A DNA stretch of 42,058 nt from Candidatus Tayloriibacteriota bacterium (GCA_031384385.1 JANNAN010000008.1:1-42058); one strand, 5' to 3'; positions 19,823 through 31,994 are shown, counted from the stretch's first letter. Translations and numbers: made by a program. Notes: generated by a model not told the origin, from the letters alone.

Positions 19823-21202
19823 ATGCTTAAAACAAGAATTATTGCAGTATTCCTGCTTATCATTACGGTTGGTATCGCTTTATTTATTTATTATTCACAG
19901 ATCTATCCAAATTCAAGTATCGGTAGACCTTTCAAGCTAGGTCTAGATTTAAATGGTGGAACACATCTTGTTTATAAGGCTGATATATCAAATATTTCAA
20001 ATGCAGAAATTTCTGTATCTATGCAGGCTCTTCGAGATGTAATCGAAAAGAGAGTTAATACTTTCGGAGTTGGTGAGCCTATTGTTCAGGTTGAACAAGG
20101 AGGGATTCTTGGTTCAAAAGATGCACAACAAAAACTTATAGTTGAGCTTCCTGGAATAACTGATATTGATGAAGCAATAAAAATGATTGGTCAAACTCCA
20201 GTTTTAGAATTTAAAACTTTGAGTAAGGCTGATCAGCAGATTATTGATGAGAAGAATTTAACTACTGAAGAAAAATCAACTGAAACTGCAAAAAATTTCA
20301 AACCCACTGGTATTACTGGAAGAATGTTAGAAAGAGCTGTTCTTGATTTTAATAATACTAGCACTGGTGAACCAACTGTTTCTTTAAATTTTAATGCTGA
20401 AGGAAAAGCTCTTTTTGCAAAAGTTACAAAGGAAAATGTAGGAAATATTGTTGGAATATTTCTAGATGGTAGACCAATATCTCTTCCAACTGTTCGTGAA
20501 GAAATAAAAGATGGTAAAGCTGTTATTTCTGGAGCATTCAATCTTGATGATGCAAAAATTCTTGTTAGAAATCTAAACTATGGAGCTCTTCCTGTTCCGA
20601 TTGAGCGTATATCTACTCAGACTATTGGTTCTTCTCTGGGTCAATCAGCATTGAATGGAGGAGTGCGCGCAGGAATTCTATCTCTGATTATAATTGGGCT
20701 ATTCTTAGTAATTTGGTATAGATTACCAGGATTCATTGCTGTGATTTCTTTGACTGTTTATACGGTTATAATGTTAGCATTATTTAAATTAATTCCAGTT
20801 ACTCTAACGGCCGCAGGTATTGCTGGATTTATTTTATCAATCGGTATGGCTGTTGATGCGAACATTCTTATTTTTGAAAGAATGAAAGAGGAACTTCGTC
20901 GAGGAAAGGGAATTTCTGAATCTATGCATGAAGGATTTGCAAGAGCATGGAATTCAATTCGAGATTCAAATACATCAAGTATTATTACTGGTTTAATTCT
21001 GTATTTCTTTGGAAGTACTTCAGTTATAACCGGATTCGCATTAGTATTTCTTATCGGAGTTATTGTAAGTATGTTCACAGCGATTACTGCTTCAAGAATA
21101 TTCCTTTACGCTGTTGCACCAAAGAAGACGAATAGATTATCTACATTCTTGGTAAGTAATGGATTCACCAAGACTATTATCAGCCAAACTTTAACTAAAT
21201 AA
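19823..21202 (+). CDS. secD: Protein translocase subunit SecD
   Basis: LGLDLNGG, RVNTFGVGEP, IVELPG, GMAVDANILIFER. Confidence 0.97.
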   Translation: MLKTRIIAVFLLIITVGIALFIYYSQIYPNSSIGRPFKLGLDLNGGTHLVYKADISNISNAEISVSMQALRDVIEKRVNTFGVGEPIVQVEQGGILGSKDAQQKLIVELPGITDIDEAIKMIGQTPVLEFKTLSKADQQIIDEKNLTTEEKSTETAKNFKPTGITGRMLERAVLDFNNTSTGEPTVSLNFNAEGKALFAKVTKENVGNIVGIFLDGRPISLPTVREEIKDGKAVISGAFNLDDAKILVRNLNYGALPVPIERISTQTIGSSLGQSALNGGVRAGILSLIIIGLFLVIWYRLPGFIAVISLTVYTVIMLALFKLIPVTLTAAGIAGFILSIGMAVDANILIFERMKEELRRGKGISESMHEGFARAWNSIRDSNTSSIITGLILYFFGSTSVITGFALVFLIGVIVSMFTAITASRIFLYAVAPKKTNRLSTFLVSNGFTKTIISQTLTK

Positions 21203-21207
21203 ATACC

Positions 21208-22116
21208 ATGTTTGTAGTAACATATAGAAAACTTTTTTACGTTCTGTCAGCAATACTAGTTATTGGATCTTTGATATCTATAAAAATCTGGGGACTTAAT
21301 CCTGGAATAGATTTTAAAGGAGGATCAATTATAGAAGTTGAGTATACTGGAATAAGACCAGAACAAACAACTCTTGCTACTTCTCTAGCGCCACTTGCAT
21401 TGGATGCCTCAATTCGTGCTACTGGAAATAATGGATATATCATTCGAATGAAAGATATAAATCAGGAACAAAAGAATTCTTTGACAGCAGTTCTTTCAAT
21501 ATTTGGAACTTCAACAGAAAAGAGATTTGATTCAGTCGGTCCATTACTTGGAACAGAGGCGCTTAGAAAAGCTTTGGTTTCAATCGTTCTAGTTATTCTT
21601 GCAATTGTTCTATTCGTTGCGTATGCATTTAGAAAAGTTTCTCATCCAATTTCATCTTGGAAATATGGAATAGTTGCAATTATTGCCTTGATTCATGATG
21701 TGATAATTCCTACGGGAGTATTCGCAATTTTAGGACATTTTAAGGGTTATGAAATCGATACATTGTTTGTGACAGCATTATTAGTGATTCTTGGATTCTC
21801 AGTTCACGATACCATAGTGGTATTTGATAGAGTTCGTGAAAATCTAAATCATGCAAAAGCAAATAAGTCATTCAGTGAAATTGTTGGGGAATCTATTAGT
21901 CAAACATTTACTCGTTCTATAAATACTTCAATGACAACATTATTAGCGCTTGTTGTTCTGTATTTTGTTGGAGGAGAATCTACACAACACTTTTCATTAG
22001 CATTGATTGTTGGAATCGTAGCGGGAACATATTCATCAGTATTCCTAGGATCACCATTACTTGTAACTATTTGGAAATGGCAGGAAAAGAGAAGATTGGG
22101 GAAGGGAAATAAATAG
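21208..22116 (+). CDS. secF: Protein translocase subunit SecF
   Basis: GIDFKGG, ALIHDV, GFSVHDTIVVFDRVRE, GTYSS. Confidence 0.97.
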   Translation: MFVVTYRKLFYVLSAILVIGSLISIKIWGLNPGIDFKGGSIIEVEYTGIRPEQTTLATSLAPLALDASIRATGNNGYIIRMKDINQEQKNSLTAVLSIFGTSTEKRFDSVGPLLGTEALRKALVSIVLVILAIVLFVAYAFRKVSHPISSWKYGIVAIIALIHDVIIPTGVFAILGHFKGYEIDTLFVTALLVILGFSVHDTIVVFDRVRENLNHAKANKSFSEIVGESISQTFTRSINTSMTTLLALVVLYFVGGESTQHFSLALIVGIVAGTYSSVFLGSPLLVTIWKWQEKRRLGKGNK

Positions 22117-22142
22117 TTAAATAAGATTAAAATAATACCCTC

Positions 22143-22175
22143 AAAAAGCACCTAGAAATAGGTGTTTTTTGTTTT
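22143..22175 (+). terminator. Intrinsic terminator after secF
   Basis: aaaaagcaccta-gaaa-taggtgtttttt. Confidence 0.8.
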
Positions 22176-22320
22176 AATTTAATTCAGAAATAAAAATATT
22201 TACTTGGCTAGTTGTTTCTAAATTTAATTAAATTACAATTACCTGATTACTTACAAAGTTTTATTGAACTTTGGCTAACTTTGTACACTGCAAGTTTTAT
22301 TAGTTCATTTACAAAAGAAT

Positions 22321-22872
22321 ATGGAAAATAAAGATATACAAATACAAGTAGCAAAAGCAGAGGAAGTTATTAAGCAAAGAATTTATATTATAAGAGGGCA
22401 AAAAGTTATGCTGGGGCAAGATATTGCTGAGCTATATCAAGTACAAGTAAAAGTTTTAATACAAGCAATGAATCGTAACAAAGATCGTTTCCCAGAAGAC
22501 TTTGTTTTTCAACTTAATGACGATGAGTATGAAAACTTGAAGTCACAATTTGTGACTTCAAGTTGGGGAGGTATAAGAAGAGCAAAACCATATGCATTTA
22601 CTGAACATGGAGTAGCTATGTTATCTTCGATCTTAAAAAGTAAGATGGCAGTTAATATGAGTATATTTATTGTTCGTGCGTTTATCAAAATGAGAGAATC
22701 CCTTGATCAGTATAAGGATTTATCAATTAAAATAAATGACATGGAATTAGAGCAAAAGGAACAGGGGATATTACTTATACATGTTCATTCAGCTGTTAAA
22801 GGTCTAATCAATAAAATAGCTATTAAAAAACCTATTAAAAATAAGAGTAAAATAGACTTTCAAATTAAATAG
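22321..22872 (+). CDS. ORF6N-domain DNA-binding protein (second paralog)
   Basis: IRGQKVML..DIAELY, RFPEDFVFQL, PYAFTEHGVAMLSSIL. Confidence 0.88.
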   Translation: MENKDIQIQVAKAEEVIKQRIYIIRGQKVMLGQDIAELYQVQVKVLIQAMNRNKDRFPEDFVFQLNDDEYENLKSQFVTSSWGGIRRAKPYAFTEHGVAMLSSILKSKMAVNMSIFIVRAFIKMRESLDQYKDLSIKINDMELEQKEQGILLIHVHSAVKGLINKIAIKKPIKNKSKIDFQIK

Positions 22873-22882
22873 CCAAAACCCC

Positions 22883-22910
22883 TTGACTTTATTCTACAGC
22901 CGAGTAGAAT
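22883..22910 (+). promoter_or_regulatory. 16S promoter
   Basis: TTGACT-N16-TAGAAT. Confidence 0.7.
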
Positions 22911-23174
22911 GGTATCCACGCCTTAAGTAAGGCGCGTTTTTAAAGAGTTTTTTGAAAAATTAATAAGTTATGCATTAGAAACGTATTCATATCATATTTG
23001 CTATTGGTAAATTGATTTAACTACGTGCAAGTCTAATGTCTATTTGAACAATGATTTTATTCGATTATATTCACAATCGATAGGGGCGAAGTTCAAACTC
23101 AATGCAGCTGAAATTTGGTTCAAGGTAAAAAGTTTAATTTAAAAAATTATGTTTTCTATTTTGTTCCGTTCATT

Positions 23175-24670
<1,496 letters not shown>

Positions 24671-24874
24671 AAATTGAATCTACGATTTTGATCTTTTAGA
24701 TCATTATCTTACCGAGTCGATTGATTGTTAATATTTATATTTTCAGTCCAAAGGCCATTGTTCTACACCTAAACGTGAACACTCAGCCCGCGAGAGAAAG
24801 GGCATAGGTTGGTACCCTCTATAGAGGTACTAACCGAATGAACGGAACAAAATAAAGAACATTTAATTTTTATG

Positions 24875-24905
24875 AAAAAGCACCTGAAAAGGTGTTTTTT
24901 CTTTT
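24875..24905 (+). terminator. Intrinsic terminator after 16S
   Basis: aaaaagcacc-tgaaaa-ggtgtttttt. Confidence 0.8.
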
Positions 24906-24960
24906 GTAAATTAGATTTTTCATACTACTTTTGACTCTATGTCAAAGGAATGTTGTACTA

Positions 24961-24989
24961 TTGACTTTTATAACCATATGTGGTAGTAT
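24961..24989 (+). promoter_or_regulatory. Sigma70 promoter
   Basis: TTGACT-N17-TAGTAT with an extended TG. Confidence 0.6.
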
Positions 24990-25068
24990 AGATAACAGTT
25001 CAAAGGAGGAGAATATAAACAAAACCCGCTGTCAAAAGCAGGGTACAGTTCTTAAAAAAGGAGGATCT

Positions 25069-25317
25069 ATGCACAGATCATCACGTAACCATCGCAGTAA
25101 TAAAGTGAATCTTACGGGTTGCTTGGACGGCATCATTGATCGACAGGCTGTCGGTCAAGCAGTCAAAAACGTTGGCTGGTTCTTGAATGAACTAGTCACC
25201 CTACCCAAGCGTTACTATGTGGTCACTTTGGCCCTGATGGTCATGGCAACAGTATGGTATGTCTCGTGGGTCATGCCCCACGAGAAAATGCTTATGAAGG
25301 TCTACGGTGGCCAATAA
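25069..25317 (+). CDS. Small GC-richer membrane protein (82 aa)
   Basis: AGGAGG before ATG 25069; one C-terminal TM helix; terminator-like hairpin at 25336-25370. Confidence 0.6.
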   Translation: MHRSSRNHRSNKVNLTGCLDGIIDRQAVGQAVKNVGWFLNELVTLPKRYYVVTLALMVMATVWYVSWVMPHEKMLMKVYGGQ

Positions 25318-25428
25318 GTGAAACAGTTTCAAGTCAGGCTCAGGAATTTATTTCTGGGCCTTTCTCTTTTTAATTGCAGTTTAGGCATATTTCTGCTATA
25401 TTTTTCCTACCAAGCAAACGGTTTATAT

Positions 25429-25501
25429 GCGCGCATAGCTCAGTTGGTAGAGCACACCACTGATACTGGTGGGGTCCTAGGTTCGAATCCTAGTGCGCGC
25501 A
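25429..25501 (+). tRNA. tRNA-Ile(GAT), CCA not encoded
   Basis: Full cloverleaf: GCGCGCA/TGCGCGC acceptor, CACCA-CTGATAC-TGGTG anticodon arm, CTAGG-TTCGAAT-CCTAG T arm. Confidence 0.93.
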
Positions 25502-25527
25502 CAAAAAAGTGTTATAATGTAAGTACT

Positions 25528-26118
25528 ATGACTGAATTTATTAAAAAGAATTTTACTTTGTTTTTGGCTTTTTTATTACCAATTATATTAATAATTTTTG
25601 TCGCAATAGTTACTTATTTCCCATCAATTTCTATAAAAACAAAATATAATTTTATCTATACATCTTGTACTGATGGACGAAATTATTATCCATATAATTG
25701 CAATAATTATATGCAGAAGCGTTATTCAGTAACTGATGATAAGTTATTTATAAATGATGTTGATTTAACTACGGATTCAGATAAAAATGGAATTCCAGAT
25801 TATGGTGAAAAATATTCTGATAGAATTTTTTTACATGATACTGAAAAAAATGAAAGTAGAGAAATTTCTATAAAAGAAGCACAAGCTATGATATTAAATA
25901 ATTTATTAACATCACCAGATGGAGTTACTGTATCTAGCTCGTATGATAGGAGAAGTGCTGGATTTCCATTTCCTTTCGATAGTGGTCATTCATCTTATGG
26001 ATACTATATTGTAAAAGGAAAAAGTAAGACTAAGTTGAATCTAATAAATAATACAGATCAATATTACTACCAAGATAACTTTAAGTTTATTGGCTGGGTA
26101 TTACCAGGTAGAAATTAA
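25528..26118 (+). CDS. Membrane-anchored hypothetical protein
   Basis: Start moved to ATG 25528 (the ORF-track extension overlaps the tRNA); N-terminal TM helix, SPDG, FIGWV. Confidence 0.75.
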   Translation: MTEFIKKNFTLFLAFLLPIILIIFVAIVTYFPSISIKTKYNFIYTSCTDGRNYYPYNCNNYMQKRYSVTDDKLFINDVDLTTDSDKNGIPDYGEKYSDRIFLHDTEKNESREISIKEAQAMILNNLLTSPDGVTVSSSYDRRSAGFPFPFDSGHSSYGYYIVKGKSKTKLNLINNTDQYYYQDNFKFIGWVLPGRN

Positions 26119-26129
26119 CTATTAATTTT

Positions 26130-27110
26130 ATGAATAAAGAAGAATTGTTAAAAGAGTTATCAGTTAAGATAAATTCAGGAGAAATTAGTTATGATGAAAT
26201 GATTCATCGTTTCAATTTAACACCTATAACAAATAAAATTCCAATACAAAAACCAACAAAGACTGTTTCTGATTTTTCGATTACAAATATGCTCTATGTT
26301 CTGGGTGCGACAATAGTAATTATTGGTATTATTCTTTTTACATATCAAATTTGGAATGATATAGGATCTCTTGGAAGAATTTTTGTTACTCTCGGACTCG
26401 GCCTGCTGATTACTGCAAGCGGTTCATTTATATTGAATAATAAGAAAGAGGACAAGGTTGGAACAGTCTTTCATTTTATTGGAGGAATGTTAATACCCGG
26501 AGGAGCTTTGGTTATGCTTTCAGAATTTAGTACAGGGCAACCACCAGAGTGGCCATTAGCTATTACTTTTGGAATTATCTTTGCATTCTATTTATTTATA
26601 AATAGTATACATAAAAGTGTAATCTTAACTTTCTTTACTATTGTTAATGGAACAGCATTTATTTATTTATTTATGAATGCAATACTTGGTGATTCGTATA
26701 ATCACGATGTAGATATTTATAGTTATCTAACTATGATTATAGGGCTTTCATATTTATTATTATCTTATTCCTTTAAAAATACACGGAATGCTAGATTGAT
26801 CGAGATTTTTAATTTTCTAGGTACTATTGGTTTGTTTATTCCTACTTTTTTAAAGATTTTTGATTCATTGATTTGGCAATTCTTTTACTTGATTCTTGTT
26901 ATTGGAGGATTTGTTTTGTCGATATATGTAAAAAGTCGCAGTATTCTTTTGGTAAGTACATTAGCTCTTCTTTCTTATGTATCATATATTACAAGTGAAT
27001 ACTTCGCAGATTCTGTTGGGTGGCCAATTTCATTAGTTGTTCTTGGATTTGTATTCATAGCTCTTGGATATATGTCTATTATAATTAATAAAAAATACAT
27101 TAAAAATTAA
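26130..27110 (+). CDS. Polytopic membrane protein (DUF2157-like)
   Basis: About 9 TM helices; LYVLGA.IV.IGI..F..QIW pattern. Confidence 0.7.
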   Translation: MNKEELLKELSVKINSGEISYDEMIHRFNLTPITNKIPIQKPTKTVSDFSITNMLYVLGATIVIIGIILFTYQIWNDIGSLGRIFVTLGLGLLITASGSFILNNKKEDKVGTVFHFIGGMLIPGGALVMLSEFSTGQPPEWPLAITFGIIFAFYLFINSIHKSVILTFFTIVNGTAFIYLFMNAILGDSYNHDVDIYSYLTMIIGLSYLLLSYSFKNTRNARLIEIFNFLGTIGLFIPTFLKIFDSLIWQFFYLILVIGGFVLSIYVKSRSILLVSTLALLSYVSYITSEYFADSVGWPISLVVLGFVFIALGYMSIIINKKYIKN

Positions 27111-27182
27111 GTATTTTGCAATACGGTCAAATTTGTAGTAACATTGAATTTCTTATTATTAATTAAATTTTAAAGTTTCAAA

Positions 27183-28598
27183 ATGAATAACGGAAAGAAG
27201 ACTAAGATTGTATGTACTATAGGTCCAGCCACAGAAAGTCTAGAAAAGCTTACTGCACTTGTTGAGGCTGGTATGAATGTAATGCGTTTAAATTTCTCAC
27301 ATGGAGATTTCGCTGAACATCAAGGGCGTATTAATAATTTAAAAAAAGTAGTAGAAAAAACAGGTAAAACTGTTGCTACGATGCAAGACCTTGGTGGTCC
27401 AAAGATTCGTATCGGAGAATTTGAAAAGGGAATGATTGTTTTGAAAGAAGGGCAAACATTTATACTTACTACTGAACCAATAATGGGAGATGAAAAGAAA
27501 GTTTTCGTCAATTACCCACTACTTCCTAAGGAAGTTAAAGTTGGTGGTTTTGTACTATTACATGACGGTAAAAAGAAATTACAGATTACAGACATAAAGG
27601 GCAATGAAGTAATTACAAAAGTTATTATCGGTGGAGAGATAAAGAATAAAAGAGGGGTAAATCTTCCTGGTGCATATCTTTCAATGAGTTCAATTACAGA
27701 AAAAGACAGAAAAGATCTTGAATTTGGAATAAAAAATAAAGTAGATTTTATTGCACTTTCATTTGTTAGAAGGCCTTCTGATATTAGTGAATTAAGAGAT
27801 TTGCTTTCAAAAGCAAAATCAAAGGCTCATATTATTGCAAAAATTGAAACTCCAGAAGCATTAGAAAATATTGATGAAATTATAAATCTTGCTGACGGAA
27901 TAATGGTTGCAAGAGGGGATCTTGCAATAGAAATTCCAGCAGAGGAAGTTCCATTGGTTCAAAAAATGCTGATTAGTAAATGCAATACGCTTGGAAAGCC
28001 AGTTATTACAGCAACGCAAATGTTGGAATCGATGATAAAAAGTCCAGTTCCTACTAGAGCTGAAGTTTCTGATATAGCCAATGCAATTATCGATGGTACT
28101 GATGCTATTATGCTTTCAGAAGAAACAACTCTTGGAGATTTTCCAGTAGAATCTGTTCAGATGATGTCTCGTATTGCCCTAAGAGTTGAAAAAGATGTTT
28201 ATACCACAGACACAATTGCAGAATATGATGATTCTCATGGTGTAACAGATGTTACTTCACAATCAGCAGTTCTTGCATCTCATGAAGTTGAAGCTAAATT
28301 TATAATTGCTCTGACAGAATCAGGTAGAACAGCAAGAATGGTGGCTCGGTATAGACCAGCAGAGAGAATTATTGCAATGACACTTACAGACTCAACAGCT
28401 AAAAAGTTATGTTTATCATTCGGTTGCTATCCTATTGTTGTTGAAAAATTTACAACAGTTGCTGAGGTTATGGGTATTGTAAGAAAAGTGGCTCTTAAGG
28501 AGAAAATCGCTGTAAAGGGAGATAAGGTGATTGTCGTGGCTGGAGTTCCATTCGGAAAAATTCAGGAGACAAATATGATGCTTATAGAAACTATCTAA
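27183..28598 (+). CDS. pyk: Pyruvate kinase
   Basis: TKIVCTIGPA, RLNFSHG, IIAKIE, MVARGDL, ATQMLESM, PTRAE. Confidence 0.98.
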   Translation: MNNGKKTKIVCTIGPATESLEKLTALVEAGMNVMRLNFSHGDFAEHQGRINNLKKVVEKTGKTVATMQDLGGPKIRIGEFEKGMIVLKEGQTFILTTEPIMGDEKKVFVNYPLLPKEVKVGGFVLLHDGKKKLQITDIKGNEVITKVIIGGEIKNKRGVNLPGAYLSMSSITEKDRKDLEFGIKNKVDFIALSFVRRPSDISELRDLLSKAKSKAHIIAKIETPEALENIDEIINLADGIMVARGDLAIEIPAEEVPLVQKMLISKCNTLGKPVITATQMLESMIKSPVPTRAEVSDIANAIIDGTDAIMLSEETTLGDFPVESVQMMSRIALRVEKDVYTTDTIAEYDDSHGVTDVTSQSAVLASHEVEAKFIIALTESGRTARMVARYRPAERIIAMTLTDSTAKKLCLSFGCYPIVVEKFTTVAEVMGIVRKVALKEKIAVKGDKVIVVAGVPFGKIQETNMMLIETI

Positions 28599-28654
28599 CT
28601 TTTCCTATTTAGGAAAGTTATCCCCACGAAATAAAGAAATGATAAAGATTTTAC

Positions 28655-28686
28655 AAAATATGCCCTTGCGGGCGTATTTTGTTTTA
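28655..28686 (+). terminator. Intrinsic terminator after pyk
   Basis: aaaatatgccc-ttgc-gggcgtatttt. Confidence 0.75.
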
Positions 28687-28700
28687 AGTAAAATTATTTC

Positions 28701-29462
28701 ATGACAACATTAATAAAAACAAAAATAAAAAAGTCTAAATTATATAGTTTGATGGATACAGATCTATTTCTTGATACAAATAATAGAGAATATATTCTTA
28801 AAATTAGAGATTTACCTTTTGATAGTAGACCTAGAGAAAAATTAATTAAAGACGGCCCAGAAGCTTTGGCGTTATCAGAATTATTAGCGGTTATTTTGAA
28901 TACAGGTAATAAAAAAGAAGATGTATTAGAAATGTCCAATCGTATTATTCGTGAATATGGTGAAAAAAGTATAATTGCACAAAAAAATGTAAATAAATTA
29001 GCCGAGGAATTAGATATTCCATTGTTAAAGGCCTGTCAAATTATTGCATGTGGAGAAATTGGTAGAAGATTTTATGAAAAGAATTCTTCAGGTTTGGCTG
29101 TGATCAGAAATGCAAAAGATGTTTACGAGTATTTACAAGATATGCGTAATTTACCAAAGGAACATTTGCGTGGGCTGTATTTGAATAGTCATAATCGTAT
29201 TATTCACGATGAAGTTATTTCTATCGGCACAATAAATTCTAGTATTATTCATGCACGCGAAGTATTTAGACCTGCCATTCAATACAATGCAGCAGCTATA
29301 ATTATTGCTCACAATCATCCTTCAGATATTGCCACACCAAGTTCGCAAGATTTAGAAATTACAAATCAATTGGTTAAAGTGGGTAAAATGCTGGGAATAA
29401 ATGTTCTTGATCATGTAATTATTACAAAAAGTACTTATGCGAGTATTAATGCACAATATTAA
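28701..29462 (+). CDS. radC: RadC/JAB-domain protein (start may be 28752)
   Basis: RPREKL, ELLAVIL.TG, AHNHPS...PS..D, VLDHVII. Confidence 0.92.
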   Translation: MTTLIKTKIKKSKLYSLMDTDLFLDTNNREYILKIRDLPFDSRPREKLIKDGPEALALSELLAVILNTGNKKEDVLEMSNRIIREYGEKSIIAQKNVNKLAEELDIPLLKACQIIACGEIGRRFYEKNSSGLAVIRNAKDVYEYLQDMRNLPKEHLRGLYLNSHNRIIHDEVISIGTINSSIIHAREVFRPAIQYNAAAIIIAHNHPSDIATPSSQDLEITNQLVKVGKMLGINVLDHVIITKSTYASINAQY

Positions 29463-29481
29463 AAATATAATAAAATTAAAT

Positions 29482-29802
29482 ATGAAAACATACAATATTA
29501 TTTCGCCATCATTAGATGGAGTTCTTTCTGAGGATCATCTTTATTTTGAAGGAGTCAGACGGCCGACTGAAATTTATAAAATTAGAGATGGAGGGGAAAT
29601 TAGACAGGAAAGTGTAGATGTATTAGAAAAATATTTTAATGATATCTACAATTTGTTTCTTAGAAAGCTTTCCGCTTTTGCAACTTTTGAATTTTCTTCA
29701 AATGAAGAAATTATGAAAATGCAGGCTCTGTTTCAAGAATTAATTAAGGTTAAGAGCCTATTAGAAGATATAAGTAAATTAGAACAGAAAAATTTGCTAT
29801 AA
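29482..29802 (+). CDS. Hypothetical protein
   Basis: ORF filling the gap between radC and the murD-like gene; no recognisable motif. Confidence 0.55.
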   Translation: MKTYNIISPSLDGVLSEDHLYFEGVRRPTEIYKIRDGGEIRQESVDVLEKYFNDIYNLFLRKLSAFATFEFSSNEEIMKMQALFQELIKVKSLLEDISKLEQKNLL

Positions 29803-29809
29803 TATAACT

Positions 29810-31108
29810 GTGAGTTACAAAGATTATTTTAAAGGTAAAAAAATTGCAATAGTTGGACTAGGTCCGCATGGCGAAATGCTTACGGATATTAAATTTCTTT
29901 TAAAAAACAAAGCTATTGTTTCTATTTATGATATGCGTAGCGAGGAAAGAATTAAAAAATATATTCTTTCATTGTCTGTTTCCGGTCTTCATAAATTTTC
30001 TTTCGGTAAAATCATTGATGATGATCTATTGGATATTGATTTGATTATTCTTTCGCCTGAAATTTCTAGAAAATCAAATTTTCTTAAAAAAGCTATTTTA
30101 AGTAAAATTCAAATAGAATTTGCTGATACTTTATTTTTTAAGTTGACTCCACCAATTACTTTGATCGGTGTGCTTGGAATTTATGGAAAAAGTACCGTTT
30201 CAAATTTAATCTATCTAATTTTGAAAAGGTCATTTTCAGAAATAAAAGAGCAGGGTTTGTTTTTTATAGATCCAGATTCAAACAATGGAATTTTGAATAA
30301 TCTTCGAAAGATAAAAAAGGGTGATGTCGTTATTGTCCGGATTTTAGAAAATTTAATTCCTTACTATTATAAATTAAGAATTAGTCCACATGTTGCCGTT
30401 ATTACATCGCCAATTTCTTTTGAAATATTAGAATTTCAGACATATAACAATTTTATAGTTGCTACTGATGAAGTTATTGATGCAATTAAAAATAAAACAA
30501 ATTTATCGATAAAATCAAAAATGTTGAGAACACATTCCAATTCGATTCCTTCTACATGGCATATACCATTAAATAGTTCACATTTCCTAGAAAATGCCTC
30601 TTTGGCGCTTCAAACAGTTGAATTATTCAAAGTATCACATAGTACCATTGAAGACGTTTTAAGGGGCTTTATAGGGCTTAAAGGGCGTATAGAATTCATT
30701 AAAAAGGTTTCTGGAATCGAATTTTATAATGATACGGCTTCTATTTCACCAATATCTACTTTATCAGCATTAAGATCAATTTCTAATAATAAAAACATTA
30801 TTCTAATATTTGGTGGTGCTTATACCGGTTATGATTACGATGAATTAATTAAAAATCTATCCCAATATGTTTCAGTTCTCATTTTATTGCCGGGAAGTGG
30901 AACTATAGGTCTAAGAAAAAAAATTGAAGAAATTTCTGATATAAAAATTATACAGACACTGTATCTTGAAGATGCCGTAAAGAAAGCAAAAGAATTTTCA
31001 AGAAAAGGTGATAGTGTCCTATTTAGTCCAGGTTTTGAATCTGTGGGAATTGATATCTCCAGAAAAGAAAGAGGAGAGAGATTTGTGAGAGCTGTGAGGG
31101 ATTTATAA
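29810..31108 (+). CDS. MurD-like ligase, divergent
   Basis: GKKIAIVGLG, G.YGKST P-loop, GLKGRIE, FYNDT, LIFGG, VLFSPG; central catalytic motifs not recognisable. Confidence 0.7.
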   Translation: MSYKDYFKGKKIAIVGLGPHGEMLTDIKFLLKNKAIVSIYDMRSEERIKKYILSLSVSGLHKFSFGKIIDDDLLDIDLIILSPEISRKSNFLKKAILSKIQIEFADTLFFKLTPPITLIGVLGIYGKSTVSNLIYLILKRSFSEIKEQGLFFIDPDSNNGILNNLRKIKKGDVVIVRILENLIPYYYKLRISPHVAVITSPISFEILEFQTYNNFIVATDEVIDAIKNKTNLSIKSKMLRTHSNSIPSTWHIPLNSSHFLENASLALQTVELFKVSHSTIEDVLRGFIGLKGRIEFIKKVSGIEFYNDTASISPISTLSALRSISNNKNIILIFGGAYTGYDYDELIKNLSQYVSVLILLPGSGTIGLRKKIEEISDIKIIQTLYLEDAVKKAKEFSRKGDSVLFSPGFESVGIDISRKERGERFVRAVRDL

Positions 31109-31118
31109 AATCTTTTTA

Positions 31119-31994
31119 CTAATCTCCACAAATAATACAAACAACAGAACCATTCCAAGTTTTTCCTGTATAAACTGCTTGCATGAGTCCAGCAACAGAA
31201 AGGGCGCTATTGGTAGAAATCAAAAGGTCAGTATTTATTTTTGTAATTTCTTGCGCGGATATTATTTGATCATTGGAAGCAATCCAACCACTACCACCAT
31301 TTTTTTCAATAAGTTTTATAAGTATATTTTTTCTAATTGCACCATGATCTACTATTGCATCAGCGATTGATTGTTCTTCTGGACCTTCATTATCAACAAA
31401 AGAATCAGCCATTGAATAACAAGAAGAAGTTTGGACTATATGAATTTCTACTTTTCTGTTTTGCGCATAAAAATATTCTGAAAGAGCTTGCGCAGTAGTT
31501 CCTGATGATGTTCCAATGAATACAGCATTCAGGTCTTGAATTTCTAATAGTTCTCTTGCAAGTTCTTTGTATCCCAAAAGGGCAGTGTCGTCTGTTGATT
31601 GTCGTAATGCTATAACTTTTGGATCTTTTGTAATAGTGAAAAGGGTTTGTAGGGGACGATCATGCATTGTCACATGTATGTATTGATTTTTGAATTGTTC
31701 CAATTTTCTTAATTTTTTTGTATTGATTCTTTGTCCAACAAGAATGTCTAGAATTATTTTATTTAATTGATCTTTATTTATTTTTTCAATATGAATAGCG
31801 GCTGCTAGTGCAGCATTTCCAGATGATGAAATAGCAAAATGGTTTATGCCTTTATCGATATAAAGATCTATCATGGTTGGAATTGATCTGCCTTTGTGAG
31901 AACCGTAAGGATTTAGATCTTCTCTTTTGAAAAAAATAGATTTCATTTCTAAAGCCTTGGCAAGTTTTGGGTATGCTTCATGTCTAGTTATCAT
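31119..31994 (-). CDS. PLP-dependent fold-type II enzyme (threonine/cysteine synthase-like)
   Basis: KREDLNPYGSHKGR (PLP lysine), SSSGNAA, GTSSGTT. Confidence 0.85.
   Translation of the reverse strand: MITRHEAYPKLAKALEMKSIFFKREDLNPYGSHKGRSIPTMIDLYIDKGINHFAISSSGNAALAAAIHIEKINKDQLNKIILDILVGQRINTKKLRKLEQFKNQYIHVTMHDRPLQTLFTITKDPKVIALRQSTDDTALLGYKELARELLEIQDLNAVFIGTSSGTTAQALSEYFYAQNRKVEIHIVQTSSCYSMADSFVDNEGPEEQSIADAIVDHGAIRKNILIKLIEKNGGSGWIASNDQIISAQEITKINTDLLISTNSALSVAGLMQAVYTGKTWNGSVVCIICGD

Noticed and set aside
25318-25527. 5' extension of ORF 25318-26118
   Set aside because: It runs through a terminator hairpin and tRNA-Ile; the likely start is 25528.
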